64,000 nt of DNA from a virus. The first letter of the stretch is position 1, and every line of letters begins with the position of its first letter. The notes under the pieces were generated by a model. The model saw only the letters and a list, made by a program, of their open reading frames with translations, was not told the DNA's origin and did not search any database. Below are positions 28,487 to 38,392 of this stretch, one piece after another. Where the stretch lies: IMG/VR virus record IMGVR_UViG_3300031519_006853, positions 64,001 to 128,000 of that record; one strand, written 5' to 3'. The translations under genes and the position numbers were made by a program.

Positions 28487-29389
28487 ATGAAATATATTAA
28501 AAGTTTAGATGAAAACTTTATAACCGAAGGGGCTGAATTAAATGAAGCAGTAAATGCATCAGGATATCTCAAAGCCGGTAAATTAGGTGTCAATGACCAA
28601 TTCTTAGGAAGAAGGTCTTTAGCGTGGACATTATCAGTTGATCTAGGATTAAAAGCAACTGATGAATATGTTGGCCCATGGTTAGGATTTGATCATGTAT
28701 CAATGTATGCTATTGGTAAAAAAGGAGGAACTATTTTAGATAATGCGTTAACTAATAAATATACTTATGAAGAATTAAAAGCAGCTGCTGCAAAATTTTT
28801 AGGTATTAAAGAATCTGTTGATGTTAATGAAGCTGTGTCTAGATCTGATAAAGCAGTTAAAGATTTAGAAAAGCAAGGTTCTCAAATTGATTACTTAGAA
28901 GATGCTGATTCTGAAACTAAAAAGATTTGGAAAAAGTCTGGTGTTAATACTGATGATGAAAATACAATCATTCTTTATTCTTATGTTAACGACTCATGGC
29001 CTGAAACTAAAAAGATATTAAAAAAACACAGTGTAGATTTTAAAGAGTTAGAAGATCCTAATTCTGCTGGTGAATCTTTTATTGTATTTGTAAATGAATC
29101 AATTGATCTTAATGAAGCAAAGAAATTTAAACCAGGAGATATGTGGTCAAATGATTTTGACTATGATGGTATGATGAAGTATGCTCTAACTGTAAATCAT
29201 AAGACTCCAATTAAAACCCTTACTAAATTACATGATTCAGCAACCGATGTAAATTATCATACTCCTTTTAGAGGTTTAGGTAATGCAATTGATTGGATAA
29301 CTGATGATGGTGTTAATTCACAAGAAGGTAAAGACTTTATGAAACAATTTCATAATGATATTAAGGCTGAAATAAAAACAATGAGGTAA
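28487..29389 (+). CDS. putative head-processed polyprotein
   Basis: MKYIKSLDENFITE|GAELNE|A; ESVDVNE|A; ESIDLNE|A. Confidence 0.6.
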   Translation: MKYIKSLDENFITEGAELNEAVNASGYLKAGKLGVNDQFLGRRSLAWTLSVDLGLKATDEYVGPWLGFDHVSMYAIGKKGGTILDNALTNKYTYEELKAAAAKFLGIKESVDVNEAVSRSDKAVKDLEKQGSQIDYLEDADSETKKIWKKSGVNTDDENTIILYSYVNDSWPETKKILKKHSVDFKELEDPNSAGESFIVFVNESIDLNEAKKFKPGDMWSNDFDYDGMMKYALTVNHKTPIKTLTKLHDSATDVNYHTPFRGLGNAIDWITDDGVNSQEGKDFMKQFHNDIKAEIKTMR

Positions 29390-31074
29390 TGAAATATATT
29401 AAATTATTTGAAAAATTTACCAAGGAATACCAAAGTAAGATAGACCTTAAAGATTTTAAGAAAATCAAAAAAGGATCTATGATTCAATATATGGGCGGTG
29501 CCGTTGAGGTTGTAGATAATAATGGCTATGTATTAAAATTAAAAGATGATGACGGTAAAATCTTTACTGTTAATAAATCCCAATTTGATCATGGCGGTAG
29601 AATATCAGAAGTGTCTGATGGAAAGAAAAAGGAAAAGGAAGAAGAATTCCATCCTGATATGATGTATGAAGCTGAAAAATATATTACTAGTAAATATAAA
29701 ATAGGTGATAAAATTAAAACAGGATTTGGTGAATGGGAAGTAATTGAAACGGACTATGCACCTAACAAGAGTTTTATAGGTTCATTTATATTTAAAGGAA
29801 AGGATATGAAAAGAGTAAACATACCTAATCCTCCTAAGACTAATAAGAATGCAGTAGGTTATAAAGTTACTGATGGTGACAAATATCCTATTATAGGTTT
29901 CTTATATCAATATAAAGATATAACTAAACTTGCAACTGTTGGTGTTGATGAATCAGTTAATGAATTAAAAAGAACATTAGTATCTGGTACAATGTCTGGT
30001 TCTACACAATCTTTAGAAGATAGAAAATATGAATTAAAGAAAGATGCTAAAGGCGCTACTATTGGAAACTTTTCAAATGTAACACTCCCTAAAGGAACTA
30101 TTATTTATAATTTACCCGGTGGAGTATTTGCTGATCATTTTTCTCTAAAGAACAAATATGCAAGCAGATCATCACAAGGCCCACAATATTTTGATAAACC
30201 AACCTTTAAAGGTATAATGATTAAACAAACACCTGCTGTCTTATCATACATTGAAAAGAACAGTAAAGTTTTAGAATCATTTGATACAGAAATAGTTAAC
30301 GAAGCTAGTGATCAACAAAGATTAACTCATTTAAGAAAATTTGGAATTGCACCTAATAACCAACCACAGAATGGTGCTTATATAAAACAAGTAGCAAAAC
30401 CTGGAAAATTCTTCGTGGATTGGAAAGATGCTTTTGATCTAGGTGATGTTGCATTAGAGTTTGTAAAATCTGTAGGTAGTATTTCTGAGTTTGATATTAT
30501 TGATCTTAAAACAATGAAACGCACAGGTGAACAATTAGATGTTAAGAAAGGTCAATTAGGAAATTTAAGAACTACTTACGGTGTTAGAGTTAATGAATCA
30601 GTGGAATTAGATGAAGCCGCAAAACCTTATAAGAAAGGGCAGAGAGTTGATTATCAATTAGATCATAAAGGTGGAGTTGGTAAATTTGCTGATGCAATGT
30701 CAAAATCTAAAAACATTGAATCTGGAGTTATTAAAAAAAGAACTAAAGGATTTGCTGGTACTTTTAAATATGAACTTACTAGTGGTCTAGAATTATACGG
30801 TTCTGAGATTGTAGGTTTAACTGAATCTTCATCTAAAGACGGTGGAGATAAGTCAAATGGTAACTCTCATCATGATGATCATACTGATAATACAGTAGCA
30901 CAACATTGGAAAGATATTTATGGAGAAGAATTCCATTCAAAATATCCAGCAGTTGCTAAAATTATTAAACAAAGAAACATTAAAGATAAAAGAGAACTAA
31001 GTAGAATATGGGATGAAACTTATGGTGAAAACTTTGAAGAGCAATATCCTGCATTATACAATAAATTAGATTAA
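29389..31074 (+). CDS. putative head-processed polyprotein
   Basis: MKYIKLFEKF leader; ESVNE, EIVNE|A, ESVELDE|A, GLTE|S. Confidence 0.6.
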   Translation: MKYIKLFEKFTKEYQSKIDLKDFKKIKKGSMIQYMGGAVEVVDNNGYVLKLKDDDGKIFTVNKSQFDHGGRISEVSDGKKKEKEEEFHPDMMYEAEKYITSKYKIGDKIKTGFGEWEVIETDYAPNKSFIGSFIFKGKDMKRVNIPNPPKTNKNAVGYKVTDGDKYPIIGFLYQYKDITKLATVGVDESVNELKRTLVSGTMSGSTQSLEDRKYELKKDAKGATIGNFSNVTLPKGTIIYNLPGGVFADHFSLKNKYASRSSQGPQYFDKPTFKGIMIKQTPAVLSYIEKNSKVLESFDTEIVNEASDQQRLTHLRKFGIAPNNQPQNGAYIKQVAKPGKFFVDWKDAFDLGDVALEFVKSVGSISEFDIIDLKTMKRTGEQLDVKKGQLGNLRTTYGVRVNESVELDEAAKPYKKGQRVDYQLDHKGGVGKFADAMSKSKNIESGVIKKRTKGFAGTFKYELTSGLELYGSEIVGLTESSSKDGGDKSNGNSHHDDHTDNTVAQHWKDIYGEEFHSKYPAVAKIIKQRNIKDKRELSRIWDETYGENFEEQYPALYNKLD

Positions 31075-31078
31075 AGCT

Positions 31079-31831
31079 ATGAAACATATTAAAACATTTG
31101 ATTCTATTAATGAAGCTAAAAGAGCTGGTCTTTCTAAAGAAGAAACTCTAAAAGTGGCACAGAAATTTGCAAAAGCTTTATCAAAAGTAGATGGTGTAAA
31201 GGTTACAGTTAGTAAAGGTCATGAAGAAGATTCATTTGATTTAGATTATGATGGTGAAGAATACGATGGTGGTTCATATAATATTAATGATGATGGTTCA
31301 GTAGTTAATATGGCAGTTAGACATCCTAAAACAAAAGTATCACCAACTTATGGTAACATTGATGATGATGTTGCTACAATTATAAAGACTATTAAGAAGT
31401 TACCTAAGATGTTAGGTGAAGGTACTGTTATTGATTTAAGATTAGTTAATGAAAATGTTAATGATGAAATTGAAATGGCATTAACTAACTGGTTAAATAC
31501 TTTAGCTGATGGCGATCCTGTTAAAGTTACAGATCTTTATTTAGACAACGGTGTTTTACTAGGAACAGTTGCTGAAGATATTAAACAAGGACATACTGAA
31601 ATATTATCTTATTTTGAAATGTTCGTAACTAAAAATCCTATAGGAAGTGTAGATACTTTTATTTTACAAAACTTTGGTGATGTATGTATCTCTGATGGTA
31701 CTTATACATTTGAATTAGATGGAGAAGATGGCCAAAGAACTTCTGTAGCTGCAAGATACACGTATGTTTGGAAAAAAGAAAATGATAAGTGGATGATCGC
31801 AACTCACCATTCATCTGTTAATCCTAAATAA
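31079..31831 (+). CDS. CTS-like leader, unknown module and C-terminal SnoaL/NTF2 (COG4875-like, iota-CA-like) domain
   Basis: MKHIKTFDSINE|A; W...L..GDP..V..LY....VLLGTV...YF..F; ARYTYVW; HHSSVNP. Confidence 0.75.
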   Translation: MKHIKTFDSINEAKRAGLSKEETLKVAQKFAKALSKVDGVKVTVSKGHEEDSFDLDYDGEEYDGGSYNINDDGSVVNMAVRHPKTKVSPTYGNIDDDVATIIKTIKKLPKMLGEGTVIDLRLVNENVNDEIEMALTNWLNTLADGDPVKVTDLYLDNGVLLGTVAEDIKQGHTEILSYFEMFVTKNPIGSVDTFILQNFGDVCISDGTYTFELDGEDGQRTSVAARYTYVWKKENDKWMIATHHSSVNPK

Positions 31832-31832
31832 T

Positions 31833-32159
31833 ATGAAATACATTAAACCACTTAACGAAGGAAGACCTATGTTCCAAGATACTCCTAATGAGTTAGCTTA
31901 TTTAGATTTTAAAAAATGGGCATATAAGAACAGAGGCAAAATCAAAAAAGAACTTACTGGTATTACAGACGGTACTAAACTATTCATTGCCTTAAGACAG
32001 GTATGGATGGATTGGGCAAACAAGAATGCTAAGGAATGGAGTTATTTACATTCAACTGATGTTGCAAGAAAAGATTTTGGCAGAGCCTTAGCGGTAATGT
32101 TAAAAACAGATGATCTTATTATTAAAAAATCAGGAAATAAATTAATAGACTTAAAATAA
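31833..32159 (+). CDS. putative virion-internal protein
   Basis: MKYIKPLNE|G leader. Confidence 0.55.
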   Translation: MKYIKPLNEGRPMFQDTPNELAYLDFKKWAYKNRGKIKKELTGITDGTKLFIALRQVWMDWANKNAKEWSYLHSTDVARKDFGRALAVMLKTDDLIIKKSGNKLIDLK

Positions 32160-32174
32160 ATAAAAACAAAAACA

Positions 32175-32687
32175 ATGAAAAAACTATTTACACTTTTATT
32201 AGCAGCTACACTATTTGTTGCTTGTAATAATACTAAAAAATCAGAAGGAGACTTAAAGTCAGATTCTGTTACTTCATCTTTAAATGTTATTAATAAAACA
32301 GATATGGATCTTTATGTTAACTGTTCATTCTGTGTTGATGTAGTAAATGATACCACTTTAGTAAAATCTAATTCATCTTACTTATTACAATCGAATAATC
32401 ATAAAGCTGATGGTACTATTTTTACAATCGGTATACACGGACCTAAAGATGGTTGTGATAGCTTAGCTGTAAATCCTTCAGGGTGGGGTGGTCAACTTCC
32501 AGTAGGATATGGTTATTGGGAAGGTTCTGCTCATGTTACAACTCAACCTGAACAGGGTAATGCAAACCCAACAGCAAAAGTACCTGACTATGATGGAAAT
32601 TGGATATTTGAATATTCATTTAAAGATGGAAGCCATAATGCACAAGTATTTGATGAGGTAACTATTACTACTAAATGTACTAAATAA
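32175..32687 (+). CDS. lipoprotein
   Basis: MKK, hydrophobic stretch, LFVA|C lipobox. Confidence 0.75.
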   Translation: MKKLFTLLLAATLFVACNNTKKSEGDLKSDSVTSSLNVINKTDMDLYVNCSFCVDVVNDTTLVKSNSSYLLQSNNHKADGTIFTIGIHGPKDGCDSLAVNPSGWGGQLPVGYGYWEGSAHVTTQPEQGNANPTAKVPDYDGNWIFEYSFKDGSHNAQVFDEVTITTKCTK

Positions 32688-32689
32688 CT

Positions 32690-33259
32690 ATGAAAAACAT
32701 ACCTTCATTTAAAGAATTTAATAATCAACAACTTGTAAAAGAATCATATGATCTTTTAGAAGGTAGTGTAAGCTATGAAGATCTTAACGATATTTTAAAT
32801 GAAGGTCTGTTTTCATTTATAAAAGGTATCTTTATTAACCCAGGGCAAAAAAGAAAGCTAAGAAAATTAGGAGATCAATTATTTAAAATAAAAGTTCAGA
32901 TTCAAAAATTAGATATAGAGCAAAACGATATTGACAAAGCAGAAGAAGAGCTTAAATCTAAAGATTCTAATTATACGGCAGATCCTGTATTATCGGTAGC
33001 AGTAAATGCAGAAGAAAAGAAAAAGCAAGCCTTACAAAATAAGGAAGGTATTATTATAGATCAAATGGATGCTATAGCTGGTGATAATCAAACTTTAACT
33101 AAATATGTTAATAAAGTTAAATTAGAAGTTAGGATGAAAGCTAATGAAGCTACTATTAAAATAGCTGATGATGAAATGGGAAGAATTCTAAAAAAGATAC
33201 AAACAAAAGATGCTAAAGAAATTCAAAAACTGGATAAAGACTTGGGTAAAGCTGCATAA
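32690..33259 (+). CDS. coiled-coil protein with CTS-like leader
   Basis: MKNIPSFKEF...ILNE|G. Confidence 0.55.
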   Translation: MKNIPSFKEFNNQQLVKESYDLLEGSVSYEDLNDILNEGLFSFIKGIFINPGQKRKLRKLGDQLFKIKVQIQKLDIEQNDIDKAEEELKSKDSNYTADPVLSVAVNAEEKKKQALQNKEGIIIDQMDAIAGDNQTLTKYVNKVKLEVRMKANEATIKIADDEMGRILKKIQTKDAKEIQKLDKDLGKAA

Positions 33260-33301
33260 AGAAGATCCTTATGATAATTGGTATCCTGATAGATAATGTA
33301 T

Positions 33302-33325
33302 AAAAGCTGGCTAACGCTGGCTTTT
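33302..33325 (+). terminator. putative intrinsic terminator
   Basis: AAAAGCTGGC-TAAC-GCTGGCTTTT after the structural cluster. Confidence 0.55.
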
Positions 33326-33626
33326 GTAGTTTTTGGTAACAATTAATTAACAATTAATTAATATACAAAGGATAAACTTTTAGTTATTTTCTCTATAAAT
33401 ATTATATGGAAACAACAACTAAGATTGATATCTCACCGGTACTTTATATAGCTTTAATGATTATAGTGTTTATACTTGGTCTTTAGTATAACTCTCTTCT
33501 AGATGGGAGATATCTAAATACATATATACATATGTCTAAATCATTATATGATGCTAGCCCCTCTCTATCTTCTTTATAGATTGTTTTAAAGCCACCTCTG
33601 TCTGTTAACTAATAAAATTATGTGTA

Positions 33627-33652
33627 AAACAAATTTCATTTCTTACATATAA
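33627..33652 (+). promoter_or_regulatory. class II motif
   Basis: AAAC-N15-CATATAA. Confidence 0.55.
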
Positions 33653-33671
33653 TAATAAATTAGTTTTTATT

Positions 33672-34151
33672 ATGGACCAAAATAAAGGAAAGATTGGATT
33701 TACTGCTGGTAACTTTGATATAGTTCACCCAGGTTACATCTATACATTTGAATCAGCAAAAAAAGAATGCGATTATTTTATGGTGTTTTTACACGCTGAT
33801 CCTTCAGAAACAAGAAATACTAAATATAAACCAGTAATACCATTACATGAAAGATATAAGACTCTAATGGCATTAAGAGATGTTGATGAAGTAGTTACTT
33901 ATGAATCAGAAGAAGACTTATTACATCTTATTGAATTTTTTAAACCTGATGTTAGAATTTTAGGTGATGATTATATTGGTAAGAGATTCACAGGAGATCA
34001 TTTACCTATTGAAGTAGTTTATACGACAAGAAGTCATGGTTGGTCAACAACTAAATTAAAGAACATGATTACAAGAATGACTATAAAACAAAATCCTAGT
34101 GTTATTCATGATGATGATTTAAACGATGTTGCTAATTTAGGTAGAGATTAA
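33672..34151 (+). CDS. cytidylyltransferase (TagD/RfaE-like)
   Basis: TAGNFDIVHPGY, GDDY, WSTTKL. Confidence 0.88.
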   Translation: MDQNKGKIGFTAGNFDIVHPGYIYTFESAKKECDYFMVFLHADPSETRNTKYKPVIPLHERYKTLMALRDVDEVVTYESEEDLLHLIEFFKPDVRILGDDYIGKRFTGDHLPIEVVYTTRSHGWSTTKLKNMITRMTIKQNPSVIHDDDLNDVANLGRD

Positions 34152-34154
34152 GAT

Positions 34155-35099
34155 ATGAGAATAATTGTAACAGGAGGATATGGATTTATTGGATCAGCAT
34201 TTGTAAATTATGTTAGATCAAAGCATCTTGGTGAAGATACTGAAATATTAGTTGTAGATAAATTAACTTATGCAGCAGATGCAAGTAATGTTAATGTACC
34301 TAATATAGATTTTCTTCATAGAGATATCTGCGATGTAACAGCAGAAGAATTAGGAGAGTATGATTATTTAGTACACTTTGCTGCTGAGAGTCATGTAGAT
34401 AATTCTATAACAAATGGCAAACCTTTTATTAGAACAAATGTTGAAGGAACTTTTAATCTTTTAGAATGCGCAAGGCAAAACAAAAGCTTAAAGAAATTTA
34501 TTCATATTTCAACTGATGAGGTTTATGGAGATATGGATGATCCTAAATATAATTCAATTATAGGTATTAAGAAAAAGGCAGATGAAAAGGATTCCTTAGA
34601 AGGTTCTTCTTATTACTCTGCAACGAAAGCTTCATCAGACTTATTAGTCTTAGCTGCTAATAGAACTTTTGGATTACCTTACATAATTACTAGGACTTGT
34701 AATAATTATGGATCACACCAACATAAAGAAAAGTTTTTACCAACTATCATTAGATCAATTAAAGAAGGTAAAGAAATTCCAGTTTATGGTGATGGTAAAA
34801 ATGTTAGAGAATGGATTGATGTTAAAGATAATGTACAACAATTATATAGTTTAATGCTATCAGATTTAACAAATGAAATATTTAATATAGGAACAGGTGA
34901 AACTTATACTAATTTAGATATTGTTGGAATGATTGGGGCCATTATGAAAAAACCTGTAAAATTTAAATTTGTAAAAGATAGGCTAGGTCATGATAAAAGG
35001 TACGCATTAAATTCTAATAAATTAAATCAATACGGTTTTGTTGATGAATACAAAACGTTAAGCAACTTCTTAAAAGAAGAAATTAAAAAATTAAACTAA
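34155..35099 (+). CDS. rfbB: dTDP-glucose 4,6-dehydratase
   Basis: TGGYGFIGS, HFAAESHVDNSI, ISTDEVYG, YSATK, CNNYG, DRLGHDKRY. Confidence 0.95.
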   Translation: MRIIVTGGYGFIGSAFVNYVRSKHLGEDTEILVVDKLTYAADASNVNVPNIDFLHRDICDVTAEELGEYDYLVHFAAESHVDNSITNGKPFIRTNVEGTFNLLECARQNKSLKKFIHISTDEVYGDMDDPKYNSIIGIKKKADEKDSLEGSSYYSATKASSDLLVLAANRTFGLPYIITRTCNNYGSHQHKEKFLPTIIRSIKEGKEIPVYGDGKNVREWIDVKDNVQQLYSLMLSDLTNEIFNIGTGETYTNLDIVGMIGAIMKKPVKFKFVKDRLGHDKRYALNSNKLNQYGFVDEYKTLSNFLKEEIKKLN

Positions 35100-35365
35100 T
35101 GGATGAATATTTAGATCAAGCAATTTATAACTCTTACCAAATATTAACTGGATGGATGACAATGGATCAGGTTATAGAGCATTTAGAAATAAGAGGCAAG
35201 GAAGTAGCAGATCCTGAAGATGTATCCATAATACCAGTTTTCTTTATTCCGCCTGGTGAAGAAGCTGACAGTGAACAAATAGACACAATGATATCGCATT
35301 TTGAAGATATGGAATGTTATGAAGAATGCGGTGAATTATTAAAATTAAAAAACAAACAAAAATGA
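35099..35365 (+). CDS. small protein with UVR-like C-terminal motif
   Basis: HFEDMECYEECGELLKLK. Confidence 0.55.
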   Translation: MDEYLDQAIYNSYQILTGWMTMDQVIEHLEIRGKEVADPEDVSIIPVFFIPPGEEADSEQIDTMISHFEDMECYEECGELLKLKNKQK

Positions 35366-35651
35366 AAACAAAGAAACAAGAAATGAAAAATTTCCTATTA
35401 AATCATAAAGGAAATAAGTACAAAGCAAATAACATAGTAAGCTTACTATGGAAATTAGCAACAGGGAAAAAAAGTAAATAAGAATGAACATTTGGATTTT
35501 AACAGGAATAATTATATTTGTAGCTGTATGGGTTTGGATTGGTTATGAGCTTATCAATGCTCCTTTAATGCCAGATGATTTTGAATTAAAAGAAGAAGAC
35601 ATTTGGCCATTAGATGAAAGGCCTGAACTTAATGAAGAAGAATAAATTTAT

Positions 35652-36920
35652 ATGAAATACGATTTTATAGAAATAGGAACTAGTGATTTTGATACTCTAT
35701 TAGAAACTACTACCAATAAAATTGGTATTTCTATAGAACCTTTAAAATATTATTTAGATAGTTTACCTAATAATGATAAAGTAATTAAAGTTAATTGTGC
35801 TATTAGTGATTCTAATTTTGAAACTGATATTTTTTGGGTTTCTCCTAGTGATATAGAAAAATATAATTTACCAAATTGGTTAAGAGGATGTAATTCTATT
35901 ATATCTTCTCATCCTTCTGTTGTAAAAATCCTTGAAAACACTAATCTCTTAGAAATATATAAAACTTCTAAATGCAAGTGTATTACTTGGTCAACATTAA
36001 TTTCTATATACGATATAACCTCAGTAGATTTATTAAAAATAGATACTGAAGGTCATGATTGTAAAATAATTCAAAACATTTTAATATCCAATGCAATACT
36101 TCCTAATGAAATATTATTTGAACATAATGTTTTAACTAGTGAAAGTGAATTTAAAGATACTATGGATTTATTAAATAAAAAAGGATATTATGAAGTTGAA
36201 AGAGGAGTTGATACTATTAAAGTCAAAAAAATGAAAGTATTAATTTTAGGTGATGGCCTTTTAGGTAATGAAATAAAGAAGCAAACCCAATGGGATTCTA
36301 TTAGTAGAAAAACTCATACATTTGACTTTTGTGATATTACTTCAGTTTATAAGTACTTAAAAGATTATGATGTAATATTAAATTGCATTGCTAACACAGA
36401 TACTTATTCAGATAATAAAGAAGATCACTGGGGAGTAAATTATAAAGCAGTTAGCAGATTGACAGATTGGTGCAGTGAAAATAATAAAAAGCTTGTTCAT
36501 ATTTCCACAGATTTTGTTTATGCAAACTCTACAGGATCTGCTAGTGAAGATAATGTTCCTGTTCATGCTAATAATTGGTATTCATATACAAAACTTTTAG
36601 CAGACGGTTATATTGAACTTAAAGGTAAAGATTACTTAATTATAAGAACATCATTTAAACCTAAACCTTTTCCTTATGATACAGCATTTATAGATCTTAT
36701 AGGAAACTGTGATTATGTTGATGTAATTGCATCAGGGATTATAAATTTAATTAATAAAAAAGCAACAGGGTTATATAATGTTGGTACTGAAATGAAAAGT
36801 ATATATGATTTGGCAAAGGAAACTAAACCAGATGTAAAGAGTGGCTTATCTAGAGGATGGATGCCACAAGATACAAGAATGAACTGTAATAAATTTAAAA
36901 ATGCCAACAAAGAAAATTAG
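35652..36920 (+). CDS. FkbM-like methyltransferase fused to RmlD-like reductase
   Basis: FIEIGTSDF..LLKIDTEGHD; second domain MKVLILGDGLLG..HISTDFVY..YSYTK from 36231. Confidence 0.8.
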   Translation: MKYDFIEIGTSDFDTLLETTTNKIGISIEPLKYYLDSLPNNDKVIKVNCAISDSNFETDIFWVSPSDIEKYNLPNWLRGCNSIISSHPSVVKILENTNLLEIYKTSKCKCITWSTLISIYDITSVDLLKIDTEGHDCKIIQNILISNAILPNEILFEHNVLTSESEFKDTMDLLNKKGYYEVERGVDTIKVKKMKVLILGDGLLGNEIKKQTQWDSISRKTHTFDFCDITSVYKYLKDYDVILNCIANTDTYSDNKEDHWGVNYKAVSRLTDWCSENNKKLVHISTDFVYANSTGSASEDNVPVHANNWYSYTKLLADGYIELKGKDYLIIRTSFKPKPFPYDTAFIDLIGNCDYVDVIASGIINLINKKATGLYNVGTEMKSIYDLAKETKPDVKSGLSRGWMPQDTRMNCNKFKNANKEN

Positions 36921-37215
36921 ACAAGAACTTAAAGAAGCAAATCCAAAAGAAGTAAGCTATGCAGTATTTGAAAACTTCTTCTTTGGTTTAAGTGGAGCAA
37001 TGATAGTTCCGTTTATTGCTTTAAGAATGGATATAGCAGTGCTCATAGGTTATATGGTACATTACTTTTATATAAGTAAAGTTATTAATAGACCAAAGTA
37101 CACAACAAGTTTAGCCAAGTTTATTTTATTTCCTATTCCTACGGCGTTAGGTGCATTTATAGGATATAAGATAGCTTACTGGGTTTCACAATACCTAACA
37201 CAATACATACAATGA
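36901..37215 (+). CDS. membrane protein
   Basis: three hydrophobic segments. Confidence 0.6.
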   Translation: MPTKKIRQELKEANPKEVSYAVFENFFFGLSGAMIVPFIALRMDIAVLIGYMVHYFYISKVINRPKYTTSLAKFILFPIPTALGAFIGYKIAYWVSQYLTQYIQ

Positions 37216-38228
37216 CAAAAGAAGAACAAGATTTTACAATCGATGAAAGATATCAGGAGTTGCTTCAAACTATTTTAGATTTTGGAATAGAAAAGAAAGA
37301 TAGAACTGGGACTGGTACAAAATCAATATTTGGATATACAATAAGGCATGATATGACTCAAGGATTTCCTTTGTTAACTACAAAGAAGATAGCTTATAAG
37401 TCAATGATAACAGAATTAAGATGGTTCTTAAAGGGAGATACAAATATTAAGTACTTAGTTGATAATAACTGTAACATTTGGAATGGCGATGCTTATAAGA
37501 AATATCATCAAGCATTTCCTAAAACCGAAATGTTATCCCAAGAACAATTCATTAACTTGATTAAAACAAATGATGAGTTTGCAGATAAGTGGGGTGACCT
37601 AGGCCCAATCTATGGAAAGCAATGGAGAAGATGGGATGCAGAGAGTGGTGAGGCATACAAAGATCAGATGAAGGATTTACTTAATGATATTAAAACTAAT
37701 CCTGATTCACGTAGGTTAATGGTATCAGCATGGAATCCTGGTGAATTATATAAGATGACTTTACCACCTTGTCATTATGGATTTCAAATTTATACAACTG
37801 AATTAACTCTAAAGGAGAGACAAGAAGAATTTTGTCATAGGTTAGGTAAAGATATTAGTTTTGCAAAAAACCTAGAGCATTTAGATTTAGATAAAGATAA
37901 TGTTCCTAAAAGAAAAATATCATTAATGTGGAATCAAAGATCCGTTGATGTATTTTTAGGGTTGCCCTTTAATATTGCAAGTTATGCATTGCTTCTTGCG
38001 TTAATAGGAAGAGAAGTAAATATGGTACCTGATCAATTAATTGGTAATTTAGGAGATACTCATTTATACCTTAATCATTTAGAACAAGCAAAAGAACAAC
38101 TTAAAAGAGAACCTATAATGTTACCTGAGATTGATTTATTAAATGTAGATATTTTGAATGGAGAGTTTGGATATGCTCTTATAGGTTATGAAAGTCATCC
38201 AAGTATTAAAGCACAATTAAGTAATTAA
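37212..38228 (+). CDS. thyA: thymidylate synthase
   Basis: DRTGTGT, ELRWFL, YGKQWR, SRRLMVSAWNP, LPPCH, QRSVDVFLGLPFNIASY. Confidence 0.97.
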   Translation: MTKEEQDFTIDERYQELLQTILDFGIEKKDRTGTGTKSIFGYTIRHDMTQGFPLLTTKKIAYKSMITELRWFLKGDTNIKYLVDNNCNIWNGDAYKKYHQAFPKTEMLSQEQFINLIKTNDEFADKWGDLGPIYGKQWRRWDAESGEAYKDQMKDLLNDIKTNPDSRRLMVSAWNPGELYKMTLPPCHYGFQIYTTELTLKERQEEFCHRLGKDISFAKNLEHLDLDKDNVPKRKISLMWNQRSVDVFLGLPFNIASYALLLALIGREVNMVPDQLIGNLGDTHLYLNHLEQAKEQLKREPIMLPEIDLLNVDILNGEFGYALIGYESHPSIKAQLSN

Positions 38229-38230
38229 GA

Positions 38231-38392
38231 ATGAAAAAGATAGCAATAATTGGTGGCCTTAGTTTAATGACAGCTGGGTCAACTTATATGATATGGCATC
38301 CAAAGACTGCCCAATTTAATTTAAATCCAAACACGTTAGCAATTGCAACTGGTGGATTTTTTGTAGGACTAGGTTTAACATATAGATTTTGA
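38231..38392 (+). CDS. small membrane protein (not in ORF track)
   Basis: MKKIAIIGG...GLTYRF. Confidence 0.45.
   Translation: MKKIAIIGGLSLMTAGSTYMIWHPKTAQFNLNPNTLAIATGGFFVGLGLTYRF

Noticed and set aside
37212-38228. ThyA as a dCMP hydroxymethylase for DNA hypermodification
   Set aside because: It retains the dUMP-specifying Asn (PFNIASY) and all canonical ThyA motifs.
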